Origin: Escherichia coli
Lineage (GTDB): Bacteria > Pseudomonadota > Gammaproteobacteria > Enterobacterales > Enterobacteriaceae
Length of the DNA: 64,000 nucleotides
NCBI RefSeq assembly: GCF_044324875.1
Contig: NZ_CP172185.1
Direction: 5' to 3' (one strand)
Below the pieces are notes generated by a model. That model was given only the letters and a program-made list of their open reading frames with translations. It made no database searches and had not been told where the DNA came from. Both the position numbers and the translations under genes were made by a program. Position 1 is the stretch's first letter. Each line of letters starts with the position of its first letter. Shown in pieces: positions 10,048 through 19,922 of this stretch.

Positions 10048-11061
10048 TTAAAATAGCATTTGAGTCAAATAGCCCATCAAGATAGCCATACCTAATATAA
10101 CCGTCAGGAATGCAGCTATCATCGGCATTCTGAACATTGATTTAAGTAATATCACTTCCGTCAGGCTTGCGCCGGCACTGCCGATGATTAATGCCATTAA
10201 TGCTCCCAGACCCATTCCTTTTGTCATCAGAACAGATGCCAGAGGGATAACCGCCTCTGCCCGGATATACAGCGGAATACCGACAACGGCGCTCAATGGG
10301 ATGGCGAAGGGATTATCTGCCCCTGCATGAGCGGCAATCCACTCTGAGGGAATAAAGCCATAAATAAAAGAGCCTATTAATACCCCTAACAAAAGATATG
10401 GCAGTACATCTTTAAACTGTTGCAACGCATCTTTGGTGGCTAGTTTTATGGGATTAATACTTACCACAGCTTTGGTACTGCAACAGTTTACTACAGGTTT
10501 CTCAATGGCTTTAGCCGCTGGACTACAGCAACTCACTTTTATTGGCGTATATGTCGTCCCCGGCGAAGTTTTGGCTGGAGCACAACAATTTGCTGATGAG
10601 CTTTTACTGGCAATGATATGACGTTCAAATCCCAGGGAATCCAGGATAATACTGGCAAGTACGGAGACGCCGGCGGCGATAATCGCGTACAACAAGGTAA
10701 CTTTCCAGCCAAAAGTCACCCACATTAACCCGACGATAATGGGATTAAGTAATGGGGAAACAAATAAAAAAGTGAGGGTCGGACCGAACCCGGCTTTCGC
10801 TGACAACAATCCACGTAACATGGGGATTGTCGAGCAACTACAGAACGGGGTAACGGCTCCCAACAGAGCCGCCAGGAGATAGCCTCTCCCTTTTCTGGCC
10901 CCCATCATCTGCTGGATTTTATGGTCTGGCACCTTTTGTCTTATCAGGCTGACACCGGCACTAATCACTATAAACAGCAAAGAAAGCTCGACGGCGAGAA
11001 ACACAAACATCTCTGCGGCATCTTGCAGCATCGCAAGCCAACTACTCATACGTAACCTCAT
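10048..11061 (-). CDS. arsP: ArsP-family organoarsenical efflux permease (337 aa) with a cysteine-rich loop
   Basis: Contains the ArsP signature TPFCSCSTIP (…GAVTPFCSCSTIPMLRGLL…). Multi-pass membrane protein with three vicinal CC pairs (NCCAP, SCCSP, NCCST) in one hydrophilic loop. Divergent from an ArsR-family gene. Confidence 0.75.
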   Translation of the reverse strand: MRLRMSSWLAMLQDAAEMFVFLAVELSLLFIVISAGVSLIRQKVPDHKIQQMMGARKGRGYLLAALLGAVTPFCSCSTIPMLRGLLSAKAGFGPTLTFLFVSPLLNPIIVGLMWVTFGWKVTLLYAIIAAGVSVLASIILDSLGFERHIIASKSSSANCCAPAKTSPGTTYTPIKVSCCSPAAKAIEKPVVNCCSTKAVVSINPIKLATKDALQQFKDVLPYLLLGVLIGSFIYGFIPSEWIAAHAGADNPFAIPLSAVVGIPLYIRAEAVIPLASVLMTKGMGLGALMALIIGSAGASLTEVILLKSMFRMPMIAAFLTVILGMAILMGYLTQMLF

Positions 11062-11072
11062 TGAATAAATCT

Positions 11073-11134
11073 ATATTTCCAGAATAATCGAAATAAAATT
11101 CAGATCAAGATATTTCTGGTATTATCGAAATATC
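11073..11134. promoter_or_regulatory. Two ~21-bp direct repeats in the divergent arsP/arsR2 promoter; candidate operator
   Basis: tatttccagaataatcgaaat at about 11073..11093 and tatttctggtattatcgaaat at about 11111..11131, roughly 17 of 21 identical. Confidence 0.4.
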
Positions 11135-11156
11135 AACCAGACAAAGGGGGTGTCAT

Positions 11157-11453
11157 ATGCAGTTGGAAGAAGTTGCTAAAGCGCTGAAAGAGCTAGGTCA
11201 CCCGACCCGTTTGTTCATATTCAAACACCTGGTCAAAGCGGGGGAACAAGGTTTGCCGGTCGGTGAGTTGCAAAAGCAGCTTGGGATACCCGGCTCTACA
11301 CTCAGTCACCATATTTCAGCACTGGTATCGGTAGGGCTGGTCAAACAAAACCGTGAGAGTCGGACGCTGATGTGTGTTTCGCAATACGCAATGCTGGAAG
11401 CGATAATTGAATTCTTACGCGAGGAGTGCTGCGTAAATAGCAAAATTGCCTGA
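11157..11453 (+). CDS. ArsR/SmtB-family transcriptional regulator (98 aa) with C-terminal vicinal cysteines
   Basis: ORF track 98 aa with a winged-helix HTH (…GIPGSTLSHHISALVSVGLVK…) and Cys73/Cys91/Cys92. It lacks the ELCVCDLC site of classical ArsR. A good SD (aggggg) precedes the ATG. Confidence 0.75.
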   Translation: MQLEEVAKALKELGHPTRLFIFKHLVKAGEQGLPVGELQKQLGIPGSTLSHHISALVSVGLVKQNRESRTLMCVSQYAMLEAIIEFLREECCVNSKIA

Positions 11454-11540
11454 TGCGCTACGCGCTACAGATTTCATGCCATATATTGAATTTGCACGGT
11501 TTTGTAGGTCGGATAAGACGCGTTAGCGTCGCATCCGACA
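11447..11540. repeat. REP/BIME-like palindromic elements
   Basis: gcctgatgcgctacgcgc and gtaggtcggataagacgcgttagcgtcgcatccgaca resemble E. coli REP sequences, between arsR2 and arsC. Confidence 0.55.
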
Positions 11541-11586
11541 TAAACGAAGCGCACTTTACCAACTATCGGCAGTGGATATCGCCGCT

Positions 11587-12012
11587 TTATTTCAGGCGTT
11601 TACCCGCTTCATCAACCACTTTCTCGCCATCTTCCTTGGTGAACGCGCGTTGTTGCGCATCTGGCAGAATTTCCAGCACCACTTCTGAAGGGCGGCACAG
11701 GCGAGTTCCCAGCGGCGTCACCACAATCGGGCGATTAATCAGAATCGGGTGCTGAAGCATAAAGTCGATTAGCCGATCGTCAGTAAATTTATCTTCTGCA
11801 AGGCCCAGTTCCTCATACGGCTCGACGTTTTTACGCAACAGCGCGCGTACGGAAATCCCCATATCGGCAATGAGTTTGACCAGCTCATCGCGCGTTGGCG
11901 GTGTTTCCAGATAATAGATAATGGTCGGTTCTGTACCGCTGTTGCGGATCATCTCCAGCGTATTACGCGACGTACCGCAGGCCGGGTTGTGATAAATGGT
12001 AATGTTGCTCAT
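11587..12012 (-). CDS. arsC: ArsC, arsenate reductase, glutaredoxin-dependent (141 aa)
   Basis: ORF track 141 aa, MSNITIYHNPACGTSRNTLEMI... with catalytic Cys12. Confidence 0.92.
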   Translation of the reverse strand: MSNITIYHNPACGTSRNTLEMIRNSGTEPTIIYYLETPPTRDELVKLIADMGISVRALLRKNVEPYEELGLAEDKFTDDRLIDFMLQHPILINRPIVVTPLGTRLCRPSEVVLEILPDAQQRAFTKEDGEKVVDEAGKRLK

Positions 12013-12024
12013 ATCAATATCTCA

Positions 12025-13314
12025 TTACAAAGTGAAAGAGAGGCGTAGCGCCAGCGCAGCCAGCGTCACAAAAAGCACCGGCAGGGTCATGATAATTCCT
12101 GTACGGAAGTAATATCCCCAGCTGATAGTCATATTCTTCTGCGAAAGTACGTGCAGCCAGAGTAGCGTAGCCAGGCTACCAATTGGGGTAATTTTCGGTC
12201 CCAAATCGCAGCCAATCACGTTGGCATAAACCATCGCTTCTTTGATAACGCCAGATGCCGTGCTGCCATCAATGGACAACGCGCCAACCAGTACCGTCGG
12301 CATATTGTTCATAATAGAAGAGAGGAAGGCGGTGAGGAATCCGGTGCCGAGCGTCGCGGCCCACAGGCCGTTTTCCGCCAGCACGTTGAGTACGCCAGAA
12401 AGATATTCCGTTAGTCCGGCATTGCGCAGGCCATAAACCACCAGATACATGCCGAGCGAGAAGATGACAATCTGCCAGGGCGCACCGCGCAGGACTTTAC
12501 CCGTATTAATTGCATGACCGCGTTTAGCGACGGCAAATAATATCAGCGCGCCCACTGCCGCAATGGCGCTTACCGGAATGCCGAGCGGTTCCAGGACGAA
12601 AAATCCCACCAGCAGAAACAGTAAAACAAACCAGCCAGTTTTGAACGTAGCAGGATCTTTAATCGCTTCTGCGGGCGATTTCAGCAGCGCCATGTCGTAG
12701 TTCTGCGGAATATCTTTGCGGAAATAAAGATGCAACATCACCAGCGTGGCAACAATTGCGGCGATATCCACCGGCACCATCACCGATGCGTATTCGCGAA
12801 AGCCGAGGCCAAAGAAATCTGCGGAAACGATATTCACCAGGTTGGAGACAATAAGCGGCAGGCTGGCGGTATCGGCAATGAACCCGGCCGCCATCACAAA
12901 CGCAAGCGTAGTGCCTTTACTGAATCCTAAAGCCAGCAGCATGGCGATGACAATTGGCGTTAAAATCAGCGCCGCGCCATCATTGGCAAACAGAGCTGCA
13001 ACGGCGGCACCGAGCAGGACAATCCAGGTAAACAGCAAGCGACCGCGTCCATTGCCCCAGCGTGAGACGTGCAGCGCCGCCCATTCAAAAAAGCCGGACT
13101 CATCCAGCAGCAGGCTGATGATAATGACGGCAATAAACGCCGCCGTCGCGTTCCAGACGATATTCCACACCACCGGAATATCACCCGGATGAACCACGCC
13201 CGTAACCAACGCCAGTACCGCGCCGAGCGTTGCACTCCAGCCGATGCCTAAACCTTTCGGCTGCCAGATAACCAATACGATGGTCAGGACAAAAATAGCG
13301 CCTGCCAGTAACAT
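12025..13314 (-). CDS. arsB: ArsB, arsenite/antimonite efflux pump (429 aa)
   Basis: ORF track 429 aa, polytopic membrane protein between arsR and arsC. Confidence 0.92.
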   Translation of the reverse strand: MLLAGAIFVLTIVLVIWQPKGLGIGWSATLGAVLALVTGVVHPGDIPVVWNIVWNATAAFIAVIIISLLLDESGFFEWAALHVSRWGNGRGRLLFTWIVLLGAAVAALFANDGAALILTPIVIAMLLALGFSKGTTLAFVMAAGFIADTASLPLIVSNLVNIVSADFFGLGFREYASVMVPVDIAAIVATLVMLHLYFRKDIPQNYDMALLKSPAEAIKDPATFKTGWFVLLFLLVGFFVLEPLGIPVSAIAAVGALILFAVAKRGHAINTGKVLRGAPWQIVIFSLGMYLVVYGLRNAGLTEYLSGVLNVLAENGLWAATLGTGFLTAFLSSIMNNMPTVLVGALSIDGSTASGVIKEAMVYANVIGCDLGPKITPIGSLATLLWLHVLSQKNMTISWGYYFRTGIIMTLPVLFVTLAALALRLSFTL

Positions 13315-13367
13315 AATGCCTCCCGGAAAAACACATATGCAAATCCATATGTGTTTAGCTAAATTTT

Positions 13368-13721
13368 TTAACTACAAGTGTTCTTACTGTCTACGGAACA
13401 ATTTTGTCTGGCCAGGTTGCGGACAATCACCTGAACCTTTTCCTGTTCGCATCGCCAGGCCTGCTCAATAATTTTCGCTGCCCATGCTGGAATATGCGGC
13501 GATAAGCGGTAATGAACCCACTTACCCTGCTTGCGATCCAGCAATAGCCCACTTTCACGCAGCAATGCCAGGTGGCGGGATATCTTGGGCTGCGACTGAT
13601 CGAGGGCAGTACAGAGATCGCAGACGCATAATTCTCCCAGCTCGCTGAGCAGTAAAACGATGCCCAGACGGGTCTCATCAGCAAGAATTTTGAACAGTTG
13701 GATGGGTAAGGGAAATGACAT
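13368..13721 (-). CDS. arsR: ArsR, arsenic-responsive repressor (117 aa)
   Basis: ORF track 117 aa with the metal-binding ELCVCDLC motif and an HTH. Confidence 0.92.
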   Translation of the reverse strand: MSFPLPIQLFKILADETRLGIVLLLSELGELCVCDLCTALDQSQPKISRHLALLRESGLLLDRKQGKWVHYRLSPHIPAWAAKIIEQAWRCEQEKVQVIVRNLARQNCSVDSKNTCS

Positions 13722-13767
13722 ATTGCGCTCCTGATTGTTGCAGGTAGTGTCTCTCTTCGAAGCGGAT

Positions 13768-13789
13768 AAGTCAAAAACATATATGACTT
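13768..13789. promoter_or_regulatory. Candidate ArsR operator upstream of arsR
   Basis: Inverted repeat AAGTCA-N10-TGACTT about 50 bp upstream of the arsR start codon. Confidence 0.4.
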
Positions 13790-13873
13790 AACGAATGTGT
13801 AAGCGCAGAAGAAGGTAATAGGTGTGAATTAAGAGTTGGGTATTCATTTGAAAGGAGGTCTGAATCAGGACGT

Positions 13874-13960
13874 AAAAAAACCGACTTTGCGTCGGTTTTT
13901 TACTTTCCAGCCCTGAGTTGGTGGCTCTGGCTGGAGTGAGAGAGCTCTTATCTAACAGCT
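13874..13960 (-). ncRNA. agrA: agrA-like small RNA (repeat unit 1, antisense-complementary to the dinQ leader)
   Basis: Unit 1 of a tandem repeat (ctctggctggagtgagagagctcttatctaac) whose reverse complement pairs with the dinQ 5' leader. Ends at a bidirectional terminator hairpin (aaaaaaaccgactttgcgtcggtttttt). Ends are approximate. Confidence 0.5.
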
Positions 13961-14108
13961 CAATACTATTAGCCAGTGGCTAACATTGCAAGAATTAGCG
14001 ATTTCTTCAGCTGGCGGAGGGAGCACTTCGGTATACATGGCAGTGAAAGAGGATTTATATACTTTCACCGGATTATCGCCGTACTAAGCCTTGTCCGAAT
14101 CCGGATGT

Positions 14109-14195
14109 AAAAAAACCGACTTCGCGTCGGTTTTTTTACTGTTCAGCCCTGAGTTGGTGGCTCTGGCTGGAGTGAGAATGCCATCATCTAACTTT
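14109..14195 (-). ncRNA. agrB: agrB-like small RNA (repeat unit 2, antisense regulator of dinQ)
   Basis: Second repeat unit (ctctggctggagtgagaatgccatcatctaac) with its own terminator hairpin (aaaaaaaccgacttcgcgtcggttttttt). Orientation is opposite to dinQ. Ends are approximate. Confidence 0.5.
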
Positions 14196-14254
14196 TCCAT
14201 GCTATTACCTTAAAAGAGACATTGCAAGGTTATGCTGGTTATTTAGCCTAATTA

Positions 14255-14274
14255 CACTGTATGATTATCCAGTT
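14255..14274. promoter_or_regulatory. LexA (SOS) box in the dinQ promoter
   Basis: CTGTATGATTATCCAG fits CTGT-N8-ACAG with one deviation. It lies upstream of the dinQ leader. Confidence 0.6.
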
Positions 14275-14465
14275 AGCTCTGAGGCATTTTCACTCTGGCA
14301 ATGCGCATAAACGCTTTCAAAGTCCTGATCAGTGGTACGGGTGGTGCCGTTAACTGATGCTCTGGCCGGAGTGAGAGAGTTCTTATCTAACAATGAGACA
14401 TGCGCCGTGACAGGCAGTGGATGAGTAAGCGGATGCATTCTCACTCCATCGCATGGAGAAAACGG

Positions 14466-14549
14466 GTGATTGATAAAGCAATCATCGTTCTTGGGGCGTT
14501 AATTGCGCTACTGGAACTGATCCGCTTCCTGCTTCAGCTTCTGAACTGA
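14466..14549 (+). CDS. dinQ: DinQ, SOS-induced toxic inner-membrane peptide (27 aa, GTG start)
   Basis: GTG ATT GAT AAA GCA ATC ATC GTT ... CTG AAC TGA encodes (M)IDKAIIVLGALIALLELIRFLLQLLN. Too short for the ORF track; it was found by reading the sequence. Confidence 0.75.
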   Translation: MIDKAIIVLGALIALLELIRFLLQLLN

Positions 14550-14602
14550 TAGCGGAAACGTAGCTAAGGGCAAAGAGCACACCACTCTTTGCCCTTTAAC
14601 AT

Positions 14603-15955
14603 TTAACGCATGGTCACGAACTCTTCTGCCGCCGTCGGGTGAATGGCGACGGTATTGTCGAAGTCTTTTTTGGTCGCCCCCATCTTCAGCGCCACCGCGA
14701 AGCCCTGCAACATTTCATCCATACCAAAACCAATGCCGTGAATACCGACAATCTTCTCTTCTGGCCCAACGCACACCAGCTTCATGCGGCACGGCTGGCG
14801 GTGAGTGGTGACGGCGGTATACATCGCGGTGAAAGAGGATTTATACACTTTCACCTGATCGTCGCCGTACTGCTCGCGCGCCTGCGGTTCCGTTAAACCA
14901 ACAGTCCCAATCGGCGGATGGCTGAAGACCACGGTCGGAATATTGCTGTAATCCAGATGCTCATCCGGCTTGTTATTAAACAGGCGTTCAGAGAGACGGC
15001 GACCCGCTGCAACTGCTACCGGTGTCAGTTCCACTGCACCCGTGTTATCGCCCACCGCGTAAATACCTTCAACGTTGGTATTTTGATATTTATCGACGAC
15101 GATATAGCCTTTTTCGTTAGTTTTAACGCCAGCGGCTTCCAGGTTGATGTTGTCATTGGCAGGCTCGCGACCAATCGCCCAAATCAGGCAATCCACCGTT
15201 TTACTGCGACCATCTTCCAGCTCCAGCGTCAGGCTACCATCGGCATTTTTCACTACCGCTTTCGGGATGGCGTTGGTGTGCAGCTGCGGGCCTTCGGCGT
15301 TCATCACTTCGACCAGCGTTTCAGAGATCATCGGGTCGAAGCTGCGCAGCGGCGCATGTTTACGCACAAACAGATGCGTTTTCGCGCCGAGGCCGTTAAT
15401 CACGCCCGCCAGTTCAACGGCGATGTAACCCGCGCCAACAACCGCTACGCGCTCTGGCAGCGCCGGAAGGGCGAAGAAGCCATCAGAATCAATACCGTAT
15501 TCCACGCCCGGAATATCCGGGTGGCTCGGACGACCGCCGGTGGCGATCAGGATATGATCGGCCGTGATGGTTTCGCCGTTTACCTCCAGCGTTTTGGCAT
15601 CAACGAAGCGGGCAAAGCCTTTGATTACATCAACGTTATTTTTACCGAGCACGTTTTCATAGGAAGTATGAATACGGTCGATATAGGCGGTACGGCTGGC
15701 GATCAACGTTTCCCAGTTGAACTTATTGATGGTGGTATCGAAACCATAATCCGGGCCGTACATATGGATCGCTTCACGGATTTGCGCCGCGTGCCACATC
15801 ACTTTTTTCGGCACGCAGCCGACGTTCACGCAGGTGCCACCCAGTTCTTTGGCTTCAATCAGTGCGCATTTCTGACCGTACATAGCCGCGCGGTTAATGG
15901 AGGCGATACCGCCGCTGCCGCCGCCGATGGCGATGTAATCATAGTGTTTAGTCAT
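14603..15955 (-). CDS. gor: Glutathione reductase (450 aa)
   Basis: ORF track 450 aa, [19 protein letters not shown]... with the redox-active [13 protein letters not shown] site. Confidence 0.95.
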   Translation of the reverse strand: MTKHYDYIAIGGGSGGIASINRAAMYGQKCALIEAKELGGTCVNVGCVPKKVMWHAAQIREAIHMYGPDYGFDTTINKFNWETLIASRTAYIDRIHTSYENVLGKNNVDVIKGFARFVDAKTLEVNGETITADHILIATGGRPSHPDIPGVEYGIDSDGFFALPALPERVAVVGAGYIAVELAGVINGLGAKTHLFVRKHAPLRSFDPMISETLVEVMNAEGPQLHTNAIPKAVVKNADGSLTLELEDGRSKTVDCLIWAIGREPANDNINLEAAGVKTNEKGYIVVDKYQNTNVEGIYAVGDNTGAVELTPVAVAAGRRLSERLFNNKPDEHLDYSNIPTVVFSHPPIGTVGLTEPQAREQYGDDQVKVYKSSFTAMYTAVTTHRQPCRMKLVCVGPEEKIVGIHGIGFGMDEMLQGFAVALKMGATKKDFDNTVAIHPTAAEEFVTMR

Positions 15956-16026
15956 GACATATTGTCCTTATCGTTGATTACCGCGATTGTAGCGCGAGAC
16001 GTAATAGGTGCCAGCAATGGCTGCAA

Positions 16027-16869
16027 TTACTCCGGCACGATCCAGCTTACGGTGGCATGCCCGGTACCAGCCGGAACCAGTTTGCTGTGCAGCCACGGCA
16101 GCACGTTATTCATCTGCTGTTCCAGCTTCCACGGCGGGTTAATCACAATCATGCCGGAAGCGGTCATGCCACGGCGATCGCTGTCTGGCAGTACCGCCAG
16201 TTCAATTTGCAGAATTTTGCGAATGCCGGTCGCTTCCAGGTCGTGGATCATGCGCTTAATTTGCTGGCGCAGCACCACCGGATACCACAGTGCGTAAGTG
16301 CCAGTGGCGAAACGTTTGTAACCTTCTGCTATCCCGCTGACCACCGCCTGATAGTCGGTTTTCATTTCATACGGCGGGTCGATAAGGATTAAACCACGGC
16401 GGGAAACCGGCGGCAGTTTGGCCTTAAGCTGCTGGAAACCGTCGGCTTTTTCCACGCGCGCACGATTGTCTTTCTGAAATTCAGAACGCAGCAACGGGTA
16501 ATCGCTCGGGTGCAGTTCGGTCAGTTGCAGGCTGTCCTGTTCACGCAGTAACTGACGAGCAATCAACGGCGAACCGGGGTAGTAACGCAACTGACCGCTA
16601 CGGTTGAAGTGTTTTACCACATTGATGTACGCCTCCAGCTCTGCAGGCAAATCGTCCTGCTGCCAGATACGGGCGATACCTTCGAGATATTCGCCGGTAC
16701 GCTCGGCATGTTCGCTGCCTAACTGATAACGCCCGGCCCCTGCGTGGGTATCGAGATAGAGAAACGGTTTATCTTTCTCTTTCAGCGACTCGATGATCAG
16801 GCTCTGAACGGTATGTTTAAGGACGTCGGCGTGGTTGCCAGCGTGAAAGCTGTGGCGATAACTGAGCAT
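16027..16869 (-). CDS. rlmJ: RlmJ (YhiR), 23S rRNA m6A2030 methyltransferase (280 aa)
   Basis: ORF track 16027..16920. Start taken at the ATG at 16869 (MLSYRHSFHAGNHADVLKH...). Confidence 0.9.
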   Translation of the reverse strand: MLSYRHSFHAGNHADVLKHTVQSLIIESLKEKDKPFLYLDTHAGAGRYQLGSEHAERTGEYLEGIARIWQQDDLPAELEAYINVVKHFNRSGQLRYYPGSPLIARQLLREQDSLQLTELHPSDYPLLRSEFQKDNRARVEKADGFQQLKAKLPPVSRRGLILIDPPYEMKTDYQAVVSGIAEGYKRFATGTYALWYPVVLRQQIKRMIHDLEATGIRKILQIELAVLPDSDRRGMTASGMIVINPPWKLEQQMNNVLPWLHSKLVPAGTGHATVSWIVPE

Positions 16870-17071
16870 GGGTAAAGGTGTTCCGGTAAGTAAAAATCGG
16901 CCCGTATTCGGGGCGCACAAAAGCCTATCAGGACAGTATACCGAAAAGAGGCCGCCGCCGCGAAAGCGTAACGTTTCTCATTGAAATTCACTACACTTAA
17001 CCCCATGCTACACACATTATGTAAAGCGCCTGTTGAGCGCTTCCTTAACCTCTTTAACCAGGACTGCGCTA

Positions 17072-19114
17072 ATGACGAATCCGTTACTGACTCCCTTTGA
17101 ATTGCCTCCGTTTTCTAAAATTCTCCCGGAACATGTCGTTCCAGCCGTGACTAAGGCGCTGAACGACTGCCGCGAAAATGTGGAGCGCGTAGTAGCGCAA
17201 GGGGCACCGTACACCTGGGAAAATCTATGCCAGCCGTTGGCGGAAGTGGACGATGTGCTGGGGCGTATCTTCTCCCCGGTCAGCCATCTGAACTCGGTGA
17301 AAAATAGCCCGGAACTGCGTGAAGCGTACGAACAAACCCTGCCGCTGCTGTCAGAATACAGCACCTGGGTAGGACAACATGAAGGGCTGTATAAAGCATA
17401 TCGCGACCTGCGCGATGGCGATCATTACGCCACGCTGAACACGGCGCAGAAGAAAGCGGTTGATAACGCACTGCGCGACTTCGAACTCTCTGGCATCGGT
17501 CTGCCAAAAGATAAACAACAACGCTACGGTGAGATTGCCACTCGTCTTTCCGAGCTGGGCAACCAGTACAGCAACAACGTCCTCGATGCGACAATGGGCT
17601 GGACCAAACTCGTTACCGACGAAGCGGAGCTGGCGGGGATGCCAGAAAGCGCGCTGGCTGCGGCAAAAGCCCAGGCCGAAGCGAAAGAGCTGGAAGGTTA
17701 TTTGCTGACGCTGGATATCCCAAGCTACTTGCCGGTAATGACCTACTGCGACAACCAGGCTCTGCGCGAAGAGATGTATCGCGCTTACAGCACCCGCGCC
17801 TCCGATCAAGGTCCGAACGCCGGTAAGTGGGACAACAGCAAGGTGATGGAAGAGATCCTCGCGCTGCGTCACGAACTGGCGCAACTGCTGGGTTTTGAAA
17901 ACTACGCCTTTAAATCCCTTGCCACTAAAATGGCAGAAAATCCGCAGCAGGTGCTTGATTTCTTAACCGATCTGGCAAAACGCGCGCGTCCGCAAGGTGA
18001 AAAAGAGCTGGCGCAACTGCGTGCCTTCGCTAAAGCCGAATTTGGCGTGGATGAGTTGCAGCCGTGGGATATCGCGTACTACAGCGAAAAACAAAAACAG
18101 CACCTCTACAGCATCAGTGACGAACAACTGCGTCCGTACTTCCCGGAAAACAAAGCGGTTAACGGCTTGTTTGAAGTGGTGAAACGTATTTACGGCATCA
18201 CCGCTAAAGAGCGTAAAGATGTTGATGTCTGGCATCCGGATGTACGTTTCTTCGAACTGTATGACGAGAACAACGAACTGCGCGGCAGCTTCTACCTCGA
18301 CCTGTATGCCCGTGAGAACAAGCGCGGCGGGGCGTGGATGGATGACTGCGTAGGCCAGATGCGTAAAGCCGACGGTTCGCTGCAAAAACCGGTCGCGTAT
18401 CTGACCTGTAACTTCAACCGCCCGGTGAATGGTAAACCGGCGCTGTTTACCCATGACGAAGTGATCACCCTGTTCCACGAGTTCGGTCACGGCCTGCACC
18501 ATATGCTGACCCGCATTGAAACTGCTGGTGTATCTGGTATCAGCGGGGTGCCGTGGGATGCGGTCGAACTGCCGAGCCAGTTTATGGAAAACTGGTGCTG
18601 GGAGCCTGAGGCGCTGGCGTTTATCTCCGGTCACTATGAAACCGGCGAACCGCTGCCGAAGGAGCTGCTGGATAAAATGCTGGCGGCTAAGAACTACCAG
18701 GCGGCGCTGTTTATTCTGCGCCAGCTGGAGTTCGGCCTGTTTGATTTCCGCCTCCATGCCGAGTTCCGCCCGGATCAGGGAGCGAAAATCCTCGAAACTC
18801 TGGCAGAAATCAAGAAACTGGTTGCCGTAGTACCGTCTCCATCCTGGGGCCGTTTCCCGCACGCTTTCAGCCATATTTTCGCCGGTGGTTATGCCGCAGG
18901 TTACTACAGCTACCTGTGGGCCGACGTGCTGGCGGCAGATGCCTTCTCGCGCTTTGAGGAAGAGGGCATTTTCAACCGTGAAACCGGACAGTCGTTCCTC
19001 GACAACATTCTGAGCCGTGGCGGTTCAGAAGAGCCGATGGATCTGTTCAAACGCTTCCGTGGTCGTGAACCGCAGCTGGATGCGATGCTGGAGCATTACG
19101 GCATTAAGGGCTGA
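17072..19114 (+). CDS. prlC: Oligopeptidase A (680 aa), M3 zinc metallopeptidase
   Basis: ORF track 17033..19114. Start at the ATG at 17072 ([17 protein letters not shown]...). HEFGH zinc motif present. Confidence 0.93.
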   Translation: MTNPLLTPFELPPFSKILPEHVVPAVTKALNDCRENVERVVAQGAPYTWENLCQPLAEVDDVLGRIFSPVSHLNSVKNSPELREAYEQTLPLLSEYSTWVGQHEGLYKAYRDLRDGDHYATLNTAQKKAVDNALRDFELSGIGLPKDKQQRYGEIATRLSELGNQYSNNVLDATMGWTKLVTDEAELAGMPESALAAAKAQAEAKELEGYLLTLDIPSYLPVMTYCDNQALREEMYRAYSTRASDQGPNAGKWDNSKVMEEILALRHELAQLLGFENYAFKSLATKMAENPQQVLDFLTDLAKRARPQGEKELAQLRAFAKAEFGVDELQPWDIAYYSEKQKQHLYSISDEQLRPYFPENKAVNGLFEVVKRIYGITAKERKDVDVWHPDVRFFELYDENNELRGSFYLDLYARENKRGGAWMDDCVGQMRKADGSLQKPVAYLTCNFNRPVNGKPALFTHDEVITLFHEFGHGLHHMLTRIETAGVSGISGVPWDAVELPSQFMENWCWEPEALAFISGHYETGEPLPKELLDKMLAAKNYQAALFILRQLEFGLFDFRLHAEFRPDQGAKILETLAEIKKLVAVVPSPSWGRFPHAFSHIFAGGYAAGYYSYLWADVLAADAFSRFEEEGIFNRETGQSFLDNILSRGGSEEPMDLFKRFRGREPQLDAMLEHYGIKG

Positions 19115-19121
19115 TCATTCA

Positions 19122-19874
19122 GTGAAAATCTGCTTAATTGATGAAACAGGCACCGGAGACGGTGCCTTATCTGTTCTGGCGGCCCGCTGGGGGCTGGAAC
19201 ATGATGAAGACAACCTGATGGCGCTGGTATTAACGCCGGAGCATCTGGAACTGCGCAAGCGTGATGAGCCAAAACTTGGCGGCATCTTTGTTGATTTTGT
19301 TGGCGGGGCGATGGCGCACCGTCGCAAATTCGGCGGCGGACGTGGGGAGGCAGTGGCGAAAGCGGTGGGTATTAAAGGCGATTATTTGCCAGACGTGGTG
19401 GACGCTACCGCAGGGCTGGGGCGCGATGCCTTTGTGCTGGCTTCGGTCGGCTGCCGCGTGCGGATGCTGGAGCGTAATCCGGTGGTTGCTGCATTGCTCG
19501 ACGACGGCCTGGCGCGTGGTTATGCGGATGCGGAAATCGGCGGCTGGTTGCAGGAGCGGTTGCAGTTAATTCACGCTTCCAGCCTGACGGCGCTGACCGA
19601 TATTACTCCGCGCCCGCAGGTGGTCTATCTCGATCCGATGTTCCCGCATAAGCAGAAAAGCGCGTTGGTGAAAAAAGAGATGCGAGTCTTTCAGTCGCTG
19701 GTGGGGCCGGATCTTGATGCCGATGGATTACTGGAGCCTGCACGCTTGCTGGCGACCAAACGCGTGGTGGTAAAGCGCCCGGACTACGCGCCGCCGCTGG
19801 CGAATGTCGCCACGCCAAACGCGGTAGTGACCAAAGGGCATCGCTTTGATATTTATGCCGGAACGCCGGTGTAA
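19122..19874 (+). CDS. rsmJ: RsmJ (YhiQ), 16S rRNA m2G1516 methyltransferase (250 aa, GTG start)
   Basis: ORF track 19017..19874. Start taken at the GTG at 19122 ([24 protein letters not shown]...), 7 nt after the prlC stop. Confidence 0.88.
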   Translation: MKICLIDETGTGDGALSVLAARWGLEHDEDNLMALVLTPEHLELRKRDEPKLGGIFVDFVGGAMAHRRKFGGGRGEAVAKAVGIKGDYLPDVVDATAGLGRDAFVLASVGCRVRMLERNPVVAALLDDGLARGYADAEIGGWLQERLQLIHASSLTALTDITPRPQVVYLDPMFPHKQKSALVKKEMRVFQSLVGPDLDADGLLEPARLLATKRVVVKRPDYAPPLANVATPNAVVTKGHRFDIYAGTPV

Positions 19875-19878
19875 AAGT

Positions 19879-19912
19879 AAAGCAGGGTAGCGTTATCGCT
19901 ACCCTGCTTTCT
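19879..19912. terminator. Bidirectional rho-independent terminator between convergent rsmJ and dtpB
   Basis: Hairpin agcagggtagcg-ttat-cgctaccctgct with T/A-rich flanks on both strands. Confidence 0.6.
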
Positions 19913-19922
19913 GCAAGAATAA

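Noticed and set aside
14918..16297. 459-aa plus-strand ORF spanning gor and rlmJ
   Set aside because: It lies entirely antisense to two well-conserved genes and has a low-complexity, Arg/His-rich composition typical of antisense read-through of GC-rich coding sequence.
17963..18874. 303-aa minus-strand ORF inside prlC
   Set aside because: It is antisense to the conserved prlC coding region and is most likely a frame artefact.
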